64,000 nt of DNA from Candidatus Parcubacteria bacterium (GTDB lineage Bacteria; Patescibacteriota; Minisyncoccia; Phycocordibacterales; PALSA-1337), in the NCBI GenBank assembly GCA_963766795.1, contig CAVYBN010000008.1, positions 32,696-96,695 of the forward strand, written 5' to 3'. Below the pieces are notes generated by a model. It saw only the letters and a program-made list of their open reading frames with translations. It did not search any database and was not told the DNA's origin. Both the position numbers and the translations under genes were made by a program. Shown here one piece after another: positions 45,657 through 54,872 of this stretch (within the stretch, counting starts at the first letter, position 1; every line of letters starts with the position of its first letter).

Positions 45657-46127
45657 TTACCACGCGAAGTGAGCGAAGGCCTTATTCGCCTCGGCCATCT
45701 TGTGCATGTTCTCGCGCTTCTTGATGGCTTCGCCTTCATTCTTGGAAGCGGCGATGATCTCGTCGGCCAGCTTCTCGGCGATCGGCTTGCCTTTCTTGTT
45801 GCGGGCGGCTTCGATGATCCACTTCATGCAGAGCGCGTTCTGGCGCTGGGGACGCACCTCGCGCGGGACCTGATAGTTGGCTCCGCCGACGCGGCGCGAA
45901 CGGACTTCCATGGCCGGAGTGGTGTTCTTTAGGGCGAGCTCGAAGACTTCGAGCGGATTCTCGACTTTGGCTTTCTCCTTGATGGTATTCATGCAGTCCG
46001 CCACGATACCGCGGGCGGTAGTCTTCTTGCCGGACTCCATGATGTAGTTCGTGAATTTGGCCAGCTTCAATGACTGATATGTCATGTCCGGCTTCAGCTC
46101 GCGTTTGATGTTTATTTTTCTGCGCAT
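45657..46127 (-). CDS. rpsG: 30S ribosomal protein S7
   Basis: 156 aa; NTTPAMEVRSRRVGGANYQVP. Confidence 0.95.
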   Translation of the reverse strand: MRRKINIKRELKPDMTYQSLKLAKFTNYIMESGKKTTARGIVADCMNTIKEKAKVENPLEVFELALKNTTPAMEVRSRRVGGANYQVPREVRPQRQNALCMKWIIEAARNKKGKPIAEKLADEIIAASKNEGEAIKKRENMHKMAEANKAFAHFAW

Positions 46128-46213
46128 GATAGTTGATTAGATTCTAGATTTGAGATTCTAGATTCTAGAATAATTGCTTCATTCTCGAATCTCGAATCTA
46201 GAATCTTTATTCT
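46128..46213. repeat. Heptad-word hairpin spacer (ttctaga words)
   Basis: gattagattctagatttgagattctagattctagaat opposes attctcgaatctcgaatctagaatc. Confidence 0.8.
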
Positions 46214-46636
46214 TTAGGCTGTCTTAGCGGCCTTCGGCCTCTTGTTGCCGTATTGACTTCGACCTTTCCTGCGGGCTTCGACGCCGGCGCAGTCCAGAAC
46301 GCCACGGACGATGGAATAACGCAGACCGACGTCCTTGACGCGGCCGCCGCGGAGCAAGACTACGGAGTGTTCCTGGAGATTGTGGCCCATGCCCGGGACG
46401 TACGCGGTCACTTCGACGCCGTTGGTCAGGCGCACGCGGGCGATCTTGCGGATGGCGGAGTTAGGCTTCTTAGGCGTCTTGGTGGTGACTTTGACGCAGA
46501 CGCCGCGCTTGAATGGTGCCGGGAAGAAGCTCGGGCGGTTGGCGATCGTATTGAAAGTGCGCGTCAAAGCCACGGACTTCGACTTTGCCTTGAAGCGCTT
46601 GCGATGGGACTTGGTGAGCTGATTGATGGTTGGCAT
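46214..46636 (-). CDS. rpsL: 30S ribosomal protein S12
   Basis: MPTINQLTK...[10 protein letters not shown]. Confidence 0.95.
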   Translation of the reverse strand: MPTINQLTKSHRKRFKAKSKSVALTRTFNTIANRPSFFPAPFKRGVCVKVTTKTPKKPNSAIRKIARVRLTNGVEVTAYVPGMGHNLQEHSVVLLRGGRVKDVGLRYSIVRGVLDCAGVEARRKGRSQYGNKRPKAAKTA

Positions 46637-46745
46637 GTTTATAATACGAATTTACGAATGTATCCGAATGCTACGAATTACGAATTTTACGAATATTCGT
46701 AGATTCGATATTTGTAGCATTCGAATCAGATTCGTAGATTTGGAT
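46637..46745. repeat. Word-repeat hairpin upstream of rpsL (tacgaat words, 7-10-nt period)
   Basis: atacgaatttacgaatgtatccgaatgctacgaattacgaattttacgaat opposes attcgtagattcgatatttgtagcattcgaatcagattcgtag. Confidence 0.8.
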
Positions 46746-46896
46746 TTTGTCGTTTCCGCTTGAATTTTTTCACCGTTTTCGGCCGAGCCGGCCTGAACGA
46801 TTACTCACGCGGAGCTGGTAATGTGGTTTTTAATGCCTACAAAGGCAGTGGGAAGACTGTAGCATAGATGGTTCGAGGAATCAAACCTATTAAAAA

Positions 46897-47241
46897 CTAG
46901 AGACCTTTCATTCCAAGAGCAATCATAAGACCAAAAATTGTGAGCAATGAACCAATGATTCCAAGGACAATCAAGACAGAGGCAGTTATTCGTGAAAAAG
47001 AAGTTTTACAACCTAATGTCCCAGCTCTTTTGTTTACCGCTCTTCCCCAAACGGAGAGTATCGTAACTACAAACGGAAAGAATGTTACAATCCCTGAAAT
47101 AGTCTGCCAAAAAGAATCGTACCTGCAAGATCCTTGGTATATTGATGGGCAGAAAAAGGAGAGAATGTATTGATAAGCAAGATAAAAGATAGCGAGGATA
47201 AGAGCCACGAACACCATGGGTTGAATTTTTTCTTTTTTCAT
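46897..47241 (-). CDS. Small membrane protein; function unknown
   Basis: 114 aa with 3-4 hydrophobic helices; low GC. Confidence 0.45.
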   Translation of the reverse strand: MKKEKIQPMVFVALILAIFYLAYQYILSFFCPSIYQGSCRYDSFWQTISGIVTFFPFVVTILSVWGRAVNKRAGTLGCKTSFSRITASVLIVLGIIGSLLTIFGLMIALGMKGL

Positions 47242-47287
47242 ATTGAAAGTATAGCAAACCAGTTATTAATTCACATCCCCACCACCG

Positions 47288-47551
47288 TCACTTCCCGAAC
47301 AACTGATGGTGGGTGCCGATTCTGTGAAGTAGAATATACTTATCATCTATCTTACGGAACACGATACGCCAATCTCCCGTCAGATTGATGCTCCTGAACC
47401 CTTCGTATTCATATTTCAATTTGTGATTATTCAAGAGAGGATCAAACTCATTCACTGAAAAAAGCTCCAACCGCTGATACACCTTCAATGTCAATTCCCG
47501 AGTAAGCCTCTTATAGTCCTTCTCGTAGGCTGTAGTGCGTATAAATAGCAT
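47288..47551 (-). CDS. RelE/YafQ-family type II toxin
   Basis: NNHKLKYEYEGFRSINLTGDWRIVFRKIDDKYILLHRIGTHHQLF. Confidence 0.7.
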   Translation of the reverse strand: MLFIRTTAYEKDYKRLTRELTLKVYQRLELFSVNEFDPLLNNHKLKYEYEGFRSINLTGDWRIVFRKIDDKYILLHRIGTHHQLFGK

Positions 47552-47566
47552 GGTAAGAAATTCATG

Positions 47567-47848
47567 CTAGGAATTCAGTTCCGCGGTAAGCTCATCCAGA
47601 GTCATCGGCTTCGGCAAACGGCCTTCCGCATATTCCTTCTCTCCTTTGCGAAGTGACGCAATAAGTTTTTTATTTGGGACATATTCATCTATGGAAACTT
47701 TCACTTCCTTGGTCCGCACGAACTGCCTCAATAGCGCGTTGACGAGAGTGCCCAGAGAGAAGCCGAGCTCTCCGGCGACTTCTTGAGCCGCCAGTTTAAG
47801 GCTTTTATCGGTCTTCACGGTCAGAAGCGTTTTGGTGTTGGTAATCAT
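47567..47848 (-). CDS. RelB/DinJ-like antitoxin
   Basis: Start set at MITNTKTLLTVKTDKSLK (ATG 47848), with a ribbon-helix-helix-like N-terminus. It lies 15 nt upstream of the toxin. Confidence 0.55.
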   Translation of the reverse strand: MITNTKTLLTVKTDKSLKLAAQEVAGELGFSLGTLVNALLRQFVRTKEVKVSIDEYVPNKKLIASLRKGEKEYAEGRLPKPMTLDELTAELNS

Positions 47849-47872
47849 ATACCAAAGTATATACTTTGGTAT
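47849..47872. promoter_or_regulatory. 24-bp perfect palindrome ATACCAAAGTATATACTTTGGTAT abutting the antitoxin ATG; possible operator
   Basis: Exact dyad symmetry, checked base by base. Confidence 0.4.
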
Positions 47873-47972
47873 GGTGTTGTCAACTGCATTTTCTACATCC
47901 CCACCCCGGTGAAGAGCTTTGCCTTGTACACAACCTAGCCGCATGCTAAAGTTTAGGTAAGGCCTATCGCGT

Positions 47973-48905
47973 TTACGCGGTAGGGTCCCCAAATAGACCG
48001 ATCGGCTTTATATTCGCCAGAAGCTCGGTAAATTTGGAAACCCTATCCCCCGCCAGCTTATTGAGCTTTGTCCGCGTGATATCTTCAACCTCGTTCCTCA
48101 TCAGGGCTTCTTTCATGATGTCTTCGACCTTCTTCAGGCGGGCATCGACTCTTTGATTTTTAGCTCGCGAAGAGAATGTTCGGGTCTTGCCATAATGATT
48201 GTTGAAATGGGCCCACGCGAACAGATCTGCCAATTCGAGCCCAAAGCTTAAGCCTTTTTTATTTTGGAACACCAAGCTGTAGATCCTTTTGAAACTTGAG
48301 ACCGACCATGAGCGATAATGCGTATGTTCTTGGAACTTTGATAATTGAGTGCTATCGACGAATGCTCTGAGCATCGCGCCATCGTCCTGTCTGCGTGATT
48401 CTGCGACTACTTCCCCGCAAGCATCATTCTCTTCCAGAAAATGCCCGAATTGAAGTATCAACTTCCGCGCCAGAGTTTCATATAAAAAGTCATGCAGGTT
48501 TTCCTTTTTAAGCCGATTCGTGATGTTCTTCTCCGTTATGCCTAGCTTTTTAGCCCTTTTTGTTATCAAACGCTTATACTCAAGCTTGCTGATCCTCATA
48601 ATGAGACATTGAATATCAGCTCCTTGGACTAGAGCGCATAGTCGATCAAAGAAAGTCTTAACATATTGGTGTTTATGGTGGATATCTTTGACTTTCTCTG
48701 ATTCAAAAAGATCAAATGCGTGGATATTCTCATCCGATGATATGCCGCTCTTCTCTTTGAGGGAAAGCATGTAATGAGAGAGCGCTGAATTGAGATCTTT
48801 GTTTATGATGATCCCCGCCAATAAGAAATGATCCCCGAGATCGGAGAGCTTCGACTTGCCAGACTCATCGATGAACAAAATATAATTTTCTATCTTCCTT
48901 ACCAT
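47973..48905 (-). CDS. DUF3800 domain protein
   Basis: The N-terminal YILFIDESGKS hallmark; 310 aa; low GC. Confidence 0.65.
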   Translation of the reverse strand: MVRKIENYILFIDESGKSKLSDLGDHFLLAGIIINKDLNSALSHYMLSLKEKSGISSDENIHAFDLFESEKVKDIHHKHQYVKTFFDRLCALVQGADIQCLIMRISKLEYKRLITKRAKKLGITEKNITNRLKKENLHDFLYETLARKLILQFGHFLEENDACGEVVAESRRQDDGAMLRAFVDSTQLSKFQEHTHYRSWSVSSFKRIYSLVFQNKKGLSFGLELADLFAWAHFNNHYGKTRTFSSRAKNQRVDARLKKVEDIMKEALMRNEVEDITRTKLNKLAGDRVSKFTELLANIKPIGLFGDPTA

Positions 48906-48940
48906 CCGCGAAATATATCATATTTCTTAGGAGAATAGGC

Positions 48941-49567
48941 CTATATCCCCACCCCGGTGAAGAGCCGGAACACCCACGGGATAATCGGCTCGACGACTTG
49001 CCAGAGGAAGAAGACGACGATCAAGACGAAGATCGGCGCGTAGCGTTCGAGCGTTAGGCGGAAGCGACCATATTGATTCGGCAGAATCGAGAAAAGGATC
49101 TTGGAACCGTCGAGCGGAGGCAGTGGAATGAGATTGAAGATGGCGAGGACGATGTTGATTATGACGATGGTCGAAACGATCTCAAAAAATGGGGCGTATG
49201 CCGTGGCAGTAGCAACATCGGTGATCCCGGCGACAGTGAAACGCAAGATGGTGCCGAATATCAATGCCAGCAGAAGATTGGAAGCCGGACCGGCCAGAGA
49301 GATCAGCAATTCGCCTTGGCGCTTGTTCTTCAGGTTATAAGGATTGTACGGCACCGGTTTGGCCCAGCCGAACGTGAAGCCGAATATTGAAGTGATCAAT
49401 GGCACGAGAATGGAACCGATGGGATCGATGTGCTTCAAGGGATTCAGGGTCAATCGGCCAGCCAATCGCGCGGTCGGATCGCCAAGTCGGTCAGCCATGA
49501 AGCCGTGAGAGACCTCGTGGAGGATCACGGAGAAGATTAGGATTATGATAGATAAGATTATTAGCAT
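48941..49567 (-). CDS. Site-2 protease family (M50) zinc metalloprotease
   Basis: HEVSHG (HExxH) lies in the first TM helix; polytopic. Confidence 0.75.
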   Translation of the reverse strand: MLIILSIIILIFSVILHEVSHGFMADRLGDPTARLAGRLTLNPLKHIDPIGSILVPLITSIFGFTFGWAKPVPYNPYNLKNKRQGELLISLAGPASNLLLALIFGTILRFTVAGITDVATATAYAPFFEIVSTIVIINIVLAIFNLIPLPPLDGSKILFSILPNQYGRFRLTLERYAPIFVLIVVFFLWQVVEPIIPWVFRLFTGVGI

Positions 49568-49590
49568 GGGATTGAAAAAGTAATCTGCTT

Positions 49591-49674
49591 GTCACCCCCG
49601 CGGAAGCGGGGGTCCAGTGTAATACAACTAATGTTATTGGTATTACTCTGGATTCCCGCTTTCGCGGGAATGAC
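49591..49674. repeat. GC-rich palindromic element, 84-bp composite, intergenic copy
   Basis: gtcacccccgcggaagcgggggtccag, a 30-nt spacer, then ctggattcccgctttcgcgggaatgac. Confidence 0.85.
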
Positions 49675-49717
49675 ATAATTTTGACTTTTGCTTTAGTCAT
49701 GATAGCATACTAGGCCT

Positions 49718-49963
49718 ATGGCAAAGATATGCGACATCACCAAGCGTGGCTCCGTCTCGGGCGGCCGGTATTCCAACCGGACTCGCGCGACGCAATTCAA
49801 TCCCTGCGGCACCATCCGCCGGTATCCGAATCTGCAGAAGAAGACCATATATGTGCCTGAATTGAAGAAATCCTTCGCCCTCACCGTCTCCGCTCGCGGC
49901 TTGCGCACCATCCAAAAGAACGGCGCATTCAAGGCTCTCCGCGACGCCGGGATCATAAAGTAA
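49718..49963 (+). CDS. rpmB: 50S ribosomal protein L28
   Basis: MAKICDITKRGSVSGGRYSNRTRATQ... Confidence 0.85.
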   Translation: MAKICDITKRGSVSGGRYSNRTRATQFNPCGTIRRYPNLQKKTIYVPELKKSFALTVSARGLRTIQKNGAFKALRDAGIIK

Positions 49964-49967
49964 GGCT

Positions 49968-50984
49968 TCACTCTGAGATTTTTATACTCGTTCCATCCGA
50001 AACGATCTTCACCATCCCCTTTTCCCTGACATTGAAACGATTGCTGTTCAGGATGCCGCCTCCGCCAGCTGGCGGAGGGTCGGTTTTTGGTTTTGCCTTT
50101 GAAGAAGCTGACGATTTTTTCTGCGTCGATTGATCAGTATTGGCGGCAGTGCTTTTCAATACCTGTGCCGAGTAAATCAAATAATCCGGTGTCAACGAAT
50201 CTATCAATTGAATTGCGATGTTCGATGCGATAGCGCTATTCGAGATGATCAATGCGTCAGCCGGCAATTCGTTATTCACCGAGATGAATTTCTGCACTTT
50301 GATGCTGGCATCGCTCATTAACATGAATGAAGTCGAACCGTAATTGATCCTCATGATGATTTGAGGACTGCTGGCTTTTGAATATTGAAAAGCTTTGGTA
50401 GTTGTCGAATTCGGCGCATTCGAATCAGTGCCCACCGGGAACAAGACGTCGGCAATGACCGGACTATTTGAATTCGAATCATTGCTGATGCTTCCCTTCG
50501 TCAGCTGGTCAAAAACCAACCGCTGGCCAGCCTCGACTTCACTGACTGGAATCTTATGAGAATCGACTGCCGCCATGAATGTCTCGTAAATGGGACCGCT
50601 CGAGCTGGCCAGACCGAGACTTTGTAGTGAAACCGCTGGCAAAACGACTTTATCGACGGAATAGCGATCGATCACATCAATTAACCCCGTCACATTCTTT
50701 GGATCGTCATTCGTGGCAATGACGACATCAATGCGTCGCGAATAAAACGGTAATATTCCGCTTATCCGTTCGATGATCTCCGAATTGGAGCCTCCGTTGA
50801 TCAGGATCCGCTTGTCATTCGGGGTACGGATGAAGATAGCGGGATTGCCGGGCGTATTGAAAATGAACAGCTCCAAGACTGCCGGCCTATGGGATTCGAC
50901 GAAGGCATAACCGCCTATTCCGGCCAGCGTGGCGGCCGTGGCCAGAGCGGCGATGATGAACGGTTTGGTTGCACCCGTGGACAT
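49968..50984 (-). CDS. ComEC-associated MBL-like domain protein (stand-alone, degenerate)
   Basis: An N-terminal TM helix, then a fold resembling the ComEC C-terminal beta-lactamase-like domain. It shares a 5' leader with comEC. Confidence 0.45.
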   Translation of the reverse strand: MSTGATKPFIIAALATAATLAGIGGYAFVESHRPAVLELFIFNTPGNPAIFIRTPNDKRILINGGSNSEIIERISGILPFYSRRIDVVIATNDDPKNVTGLIDVIDRYSVDKVVLPAVSLQSLGLASSSGPIYETFMAAVDSHKIPVSEVEAGQRLVFDQLTKGSISNDSNSNSPVIADVLFPVGTDSNAPNSTTTKAFQYSKASSPQIIMRINYGSTSFMLMSDASIKVQKFISVNNELPADALIISNSAIASNIAIQLIDSLTPDYLIYSAQVLKSTAANTDQSTQKKSSASSKAKPKTDPPPAGGGGILNSNRFNVREKGMVKIVSDGTSIKISE

Positions 50985-51004
50985 AGGCGCACAGTATAAA
51001 GAGC

Positions 51005-51082
51005 GGGTGTTAAAGAAACCTATAAGAAAAGTTAAAATAATCGTGAAGAAAAGTTAAAATTTTCATTAAGAAATGTTAAAAT
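51005..51082 (-). promoter_or_regulatory. Shared upstream element: a 34-mer identical to 53818-53851, plus GTTAAAAT repeats at 22-nt spacing
   Basis: gggtgttaaagaaacctataagaaaagttaaaat is identical at both loci. GTTAAAAT occurs at 51031, 51053 and 51075. Confidence 0.5.
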
Positions 51083-51134
51083 AATCTTAAGGTTCAGTGT
51101 TTATCCGTTAATCGCGCTAATTTTAATCAACGCC

Positions 51135-51740
51135 ATGCAACAATTCACCGCGAAAAAGTTCGACATTCCAGCTCTCAAAGGCATTTCGGCCAAGACCATT
51201 GAAGAGCATTTGAAGTTATACGAGGGCTATGTCAAGAATGCGAACGGCATCAACGACATGCTCGGCAAATTAAGCGCCGACTTTACAACCAATTCGTACC
51301 TAATTGGTGAATTGAACCGCCGATTCAGCTTCGAATACGACGGCATGCGCAATCATGAGATCTATTTCAGCTCATTCAAAGGCGGCTCCAAACCATTGGC
51401 GTCAGGCAGCACGCTCAAGAAAGCCATCGAAGCAGTAGGGGTCTCATTCGACGGTTTCCTGGCCGCATTCAAATCATTGGCGCTGACCCGCGGCATCGGC
51501 TGGGCCGTGCTGTGGTACGACCCCAAAGATAAGCGGCTGATCGGTTCATGGGTGGACGAGCAGCATCTCGGACAATTGAACGGCTGCCAGATGATCCTGG
51601 CTCTCGACATGTGGGAGCACTCGTATGTCGCCGACTATCAGCCGTCCGGCAAGAAACAGTATGTCGAGGATTTCTTCGCGAATTTGAATTGGGAGGTCAT
51701 TGAGGAGAATTTTAAGAAAGCACAACGGACATCATCTTGA
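51135..51740 (+). CDS. Fe/Mn superoxide dismutase family protein (divergent N-terminal metal-ligand region)
   Basis: DMWEHSYVADY and RNHEIYF are conserved. The usual HHxKHH is replaced by EHLKLY. Confidence 0.7.
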   Translation: MQQFTAKKFDIPALKGISAKTIEEHLKLYEGYVKNANGINDMLGKLSADFTTNSYLIGELNRRFSFEYDGMRNHEIYFSSFKGGSKPLASGSTLKKAIEAVGVSFDGFLAAFKSLALTRGIGWAVLWYDPKDKRLIGSWVDEQHLGQLNGCQMILALDMWEHSYVADYQPSGKKQYVEDFFANLNWEVIEENFKKAQRTSS

Positions 51741-51887
51741 CTTTTCGCCATCGCTCGCACTATAATTAGCGTCGAAATACCTTGAGAGTTTCTAGATTCG
51801 GTTTCGAACGCCGTGAGCTGTTCTAAGAGCAGAAAATCGGCTCAACTGCCAGCGTGCCGAAAGGCATACGCAGATGGAGGGAGCGTA

Positions 51888-52333
51888 TCATACGATGCCC
51901 GCCGTCCTCCAGAGCAGCTCATAGTGTTCGAGATATCCTTCGTCGGTCTGAAAAATGGTGACGATCATCCCGTAGCCATTTTTCATACGCTCGATGACGA
52001 TCGAATGCAAACGGCCATCCTTATAATCCTTGGATGAGGAGATGACTTGGAAACGGTTGCTCTCCTTTGCGGTCCTTATCTCTATATCTCTATCGGCCGA
52101 GAAAGCATGACGGGCAATACAGACAGAAGCCGTCGGCCCTCTTTTCCCTTCTCTGCAACATGCTTCAAGGACAACCTAGAAAATACAAGGCATTTTTCAT
52201 TAACACCGGTAATCTCTCTGGTCTCACGAGACAATCTAAATGTCGTTGGAATCAATTCATCCGGTCTATCAATTAGAATGCCCTTGGGAAGCTTCTGCAA
52301 AGCCATGAATTGTGAAAGGAGATTCTTATTCAT
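51888..52333 (-). CDS. Hypothetical protein, with a frame break near 52085
   Basis: An ATGA overlap with the comEC stop. MNKNLLSQFMALQKLPKG... ends at 52082, then continues in another frame (EIRTAKESNRFQVISSSKDYKDGRLHS...) to a TGA at 51888. Confidence 0.35.
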
Positions 52334-53805
52334 GTTTTTTCGAAGGAACCTGTCCTCCTCTTCCACCACAAGAACCCGCCGATGAATGCGGCGTAGAAAC
52401 CGACGACCCACCAAATAGAGAATGGCGGGAAGTAGGCTGCGGCGAACGGCAACTTGGCGAACCATTCGACGATGAAGAGCTCGTATGACAGTAATAGATG
52501 CGCGGACCAGCCGATGACGATCGAGATTGGATGCCAGATGAAGCCAAGAGCGCCAGTCAAGAATACGGCTAGCATTGTGATCGGAATGAATGGCAGGACT
52601 AGAATATTCACGAGCACGCCAACAATCGAGATCTGGCCCATCATATAGAGGATGAAGGGCGCGACGAATATCTGCGTGGCCAGACAAGAAGCGATCGTTC
52701 CACGCATCCCGAACTTATCCGGGATCCATTCGAGCTTGTTTTCTATCGGGCCGGCCAGAAGAACTAGACCGATCGTGGCCAGGAATGAGAGCTGGAATGA
52801 CGGGTCATGCATCAGGATGAGCGGATTGGCGATGAGCATGATGAGCGCCGCGAACGCCAGGGCTCGTTCGACGCTGTAATCGCGGCGGATGAGGTCAGCG
52901 ATCAAAGCGATTCCCGCCATGAAACAGGAACGGATGACGGTGGCTCCCCCGCCGACGAGAATGCCGAATAAGCCGATGCCGATTCCTCCGATCAAGATGC
53001 CCCAAATGCGCGGCAATCTTGAAAGCATTCGCCTTAGAGCTATGCCGACGATCGTGATATTGAATCCAGATAGGACGACAATGTGGATGAGCCCGACGAT
53101 CCTGAAATCATTCAGGAGGTCTTTGCCAAGCGCAGCCTTGTCGCCGACGACCAAGCCGCCTGCCAGAGCGGCCTGCGGCTCGCCGAGAGCAGATTCCAGA
53201 TTTCCGACGAAGCCACGCTTGATTGCATAAAGCGTCGAAGTGATCGATGTATTCGGATCATCCGTCGCCAAAACCACGACTGCGCTTTTTATTTGATAGT
53301 AAACATCATCTTTTGCCAGATAGCCGGCGTAATCGAAGCTGCGACCGTTGTCGCTGGAGAAATTAAAGGGCTTCGAAAGGTTGCCGGTGAATTCAATCTG
53401 GTCGCCGTAAGAAAATCTCGGGTAGAACTTGGTTTTAATTTGAATGCGAATGTTTTCAGCGCAGATCCCATTAAGAACATCTGATTGAAGTGCGGCTGTC
53501 GTCGATAGGCTGCTGCTTGAGCTCGTACTGGCATGGCTCGCAATTAAATCACTGCTGGAACTGACCTTATTTGAATGAGGTGCAGTTAAATCATCGCTGA
53601 CGATCAATCGCTCCGCGTCAACGTTAAAAACTTGGCCGGTCGCCGTCCGTGAAGGGTCGTCAGCGACTATTCCAACGCCTTTAAGAGGATGGCCGAGACA
53701 GCCGGCGGCGTCAGGCGCGCTTTGGCTGAACGACAAGAACACGCGGACGATGGCGGCCGCGCCGAATAGGCTCCAGAAAGCGAAAGTGCCCCGTTTCATG
53801 GGCAC
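52330..53805 (-). CDS. comEC: ComEC/Rec2 competence channel (OB/DUF4131 plus competence domain), lacking a fused MBL domain
   Basis: 491 aa and polytopic, with the typical ComEC TM core (HIVVLSGFNITIV). Confidence 0.8.
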   Translation of the reverse strand: MPMKRGTFAFWSLFGAAAIVRVFLSFSQSAPDAAGCLGHPLKGVGIVADDPSRTATGQVFNVDAERLIVSDDLTAPHSNKVSSSSDLIASHASTSSSSSLSTTAALQSDVLNGICAENIRIQIKTKFYPRFSYGDQIEFTGNLSKPFNFSSDNGRSFDYAGYLAKDDVYYQIKSAVVVLATDDPNTSITSTLYAIKRGFVGNLESALGEPQAALAGGLVVGDKAALGKDLLNDFRIVGLIHIVVLSGFNITIVGIALRRMLSRLPRIWGILIGGIGIGLFGILVGGGATVIRSCFMAGIALIADLIRRDYSVERALAFAALIMLIANPLILMHDPSFQLSFLATIGLVLLAGPIENKLEWIPDKFGMRGTIASCLATQIFVAPFILYMMGQISIVGVLVNILVLPFIPITMLAVFLTGALGFIWHPISIVIGWSAHLLLSYELFIVEWFAKLPFAAAYFPPFSIWWVVGFYAAFIGGFLWWKRRTGSFEKT

Positions 53806-53817
53806 AGCTTACTCGCA

Positions 53818-53875
53818 GGGTGTTAAAGAAACCTATAAGAAAAGTTAAAATTTGTATGAATTTTTGTTAAAATTT
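53818..53875 (-). promoter_or_regulatory. Second copy of the shared comEC upstream element
   Basis: The identical 34-mer is followed by two GTTAAAAT repeats. Confidence 0.5.
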
Positions 53876-53987
53876 TTATTAAGAAAAATACGATGGCCTA
53901 CGGCCATCGTTTTGACTTCGACTCGGACGCCGTGAATGCGAGCATTCACGCGTCCTCGCTCGTCAGAAGAAAATTTCCTTAATAACT

Positions 53988-54776
53988 TCAAATCGCCTCG
54001 AATTCAGCCATTATTTTCGCTTCGTCGTCGGCGCTTTCGGCTTTTCTGAACTTGGCTCCAGCGACGCCTTTGACGCGCTTCTCGCATTCCGCCCAAGTGT
54101 GATGGGTCTCGATGACGCCTTGGACCATGCTCACATAGGAATAGGCTTTTGCCCGTGAATGCGCCGAGTCAGAGCTCTTTTTGCTTTGCAATGCTTCGTC
54201 GAGCGAGATGTTCAGGATATCCGGCAGATCGTAGTCAGCCAGCGAGCCTTGATAGAGCTTGATCTTCATGCCGTCCGCGAATGCTGTGGCGATGTGGTCG
54301 CAACGCTCGTTGCCGAGAATGCCGACATGTCCGCCGACATAATTCCATTTGACCGAGAGCTTCGAATTCAATTCGTCCAACTCCTCCCAAAGGTCGCGAT
54401 TGAGCACGCTTTGTTTCGTCTTGGTCTGCCAGCCGTTGCGCTTCCAACTCTTGACCCACTTTGTAATACCATTGATCACATAGGAAGAATCTGTGAAGAG
54501 AGTGATTTGAGTATTTAAACCCTGGATTCCCGCTTTCGCGGGAATGACACGGCTGGCTTGAATCTTTTTGAGCCCCCCAATCGCCGCTGTCAATTCCATC
54601 CGATTATTCGTCGTGTTCTTCTCGCCTCCGCCAAGCTCGATGACTGTCGCATTTTCATCTCGTCCTTTAATCGTTGCTTTTTCACTTTGCACTATTACAG
54701 TTCCCCAACCGCCTGGACCAGGATTGTTGCGCGACGAGCCGTCGGTGAAGATGGTGATTGGGTCCGGTTGATTCAT
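53988..54776 (-). CDS. rnhA: Ribonuclease HI with a C-terminal hybrid-binding-domain-like module and an in-frame palindromic-element insert
   Basis: The RNase H core has TDGSSRNNPGPGGWG, NNRMEL and GNERCD. The C-terminus has YSYVSMVQGVIETHHTWAECEKRVKGVAGAKFRK. Start set at MNQPDP (ATG 54776). Confidence 0.8.
   Translation of the reverse strand: MNQPDPITIFTDGSSRNNPGPGGWGTVIVQSEKATIKGRDENATVIELGGGEKNTTNNRMELTAAIGGLKKIQASRVIPAKAGIQGLNTQITLFTDSSYVINGITKWVKSWKRNGWQTKTKQSVLNRDLWEELDELNSKLSVKWNYVGGHVGILGNERCDHIATAFADGMKIKLYQGSLADYDLPDILNISLDEALQSKKSSDSAHSRAKAYSYVSMVQGVIETHHTWAECEKRVKGVAGAKFRKAESADDEAKIMAEFEAI
54522..54548. repeat. 27-bp half palindromic element, in frame inside rnhA
   Basis: ctggattcccgctttcgcgggaatgac is translated as VIPAKAGIQ. 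Confidence 0.85.
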
Positions 54777-54872
54777 GACAACATAGTAGCATATGTAAGA
54801 AATCGGGATAAAAAATGGCGCCCCGACTTCGGAGCGCAGTGACACTTGCAATAATTCCAACGACCAAAGAAT

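Noticed and set aside
46746-46896. The region upstream of rpsL was examined for a tRNA (ggttcgaggaatcaaacc) or a promoter.
   Set aside because: No cloverleaf could be drawn. The candidate -35 and -10 hexamers have unsuitable spacing. No tRNA or rRNA was recognised anywhere in the window.
49491-49700. A 69-aa ORF (MSFPRKRESRVIP...WTPASAGVT).
   Set aside because: It is simply the translation of the 84-bp GC palindromic element and its flanks. These peptide strings recur wherever the repeat occurs.
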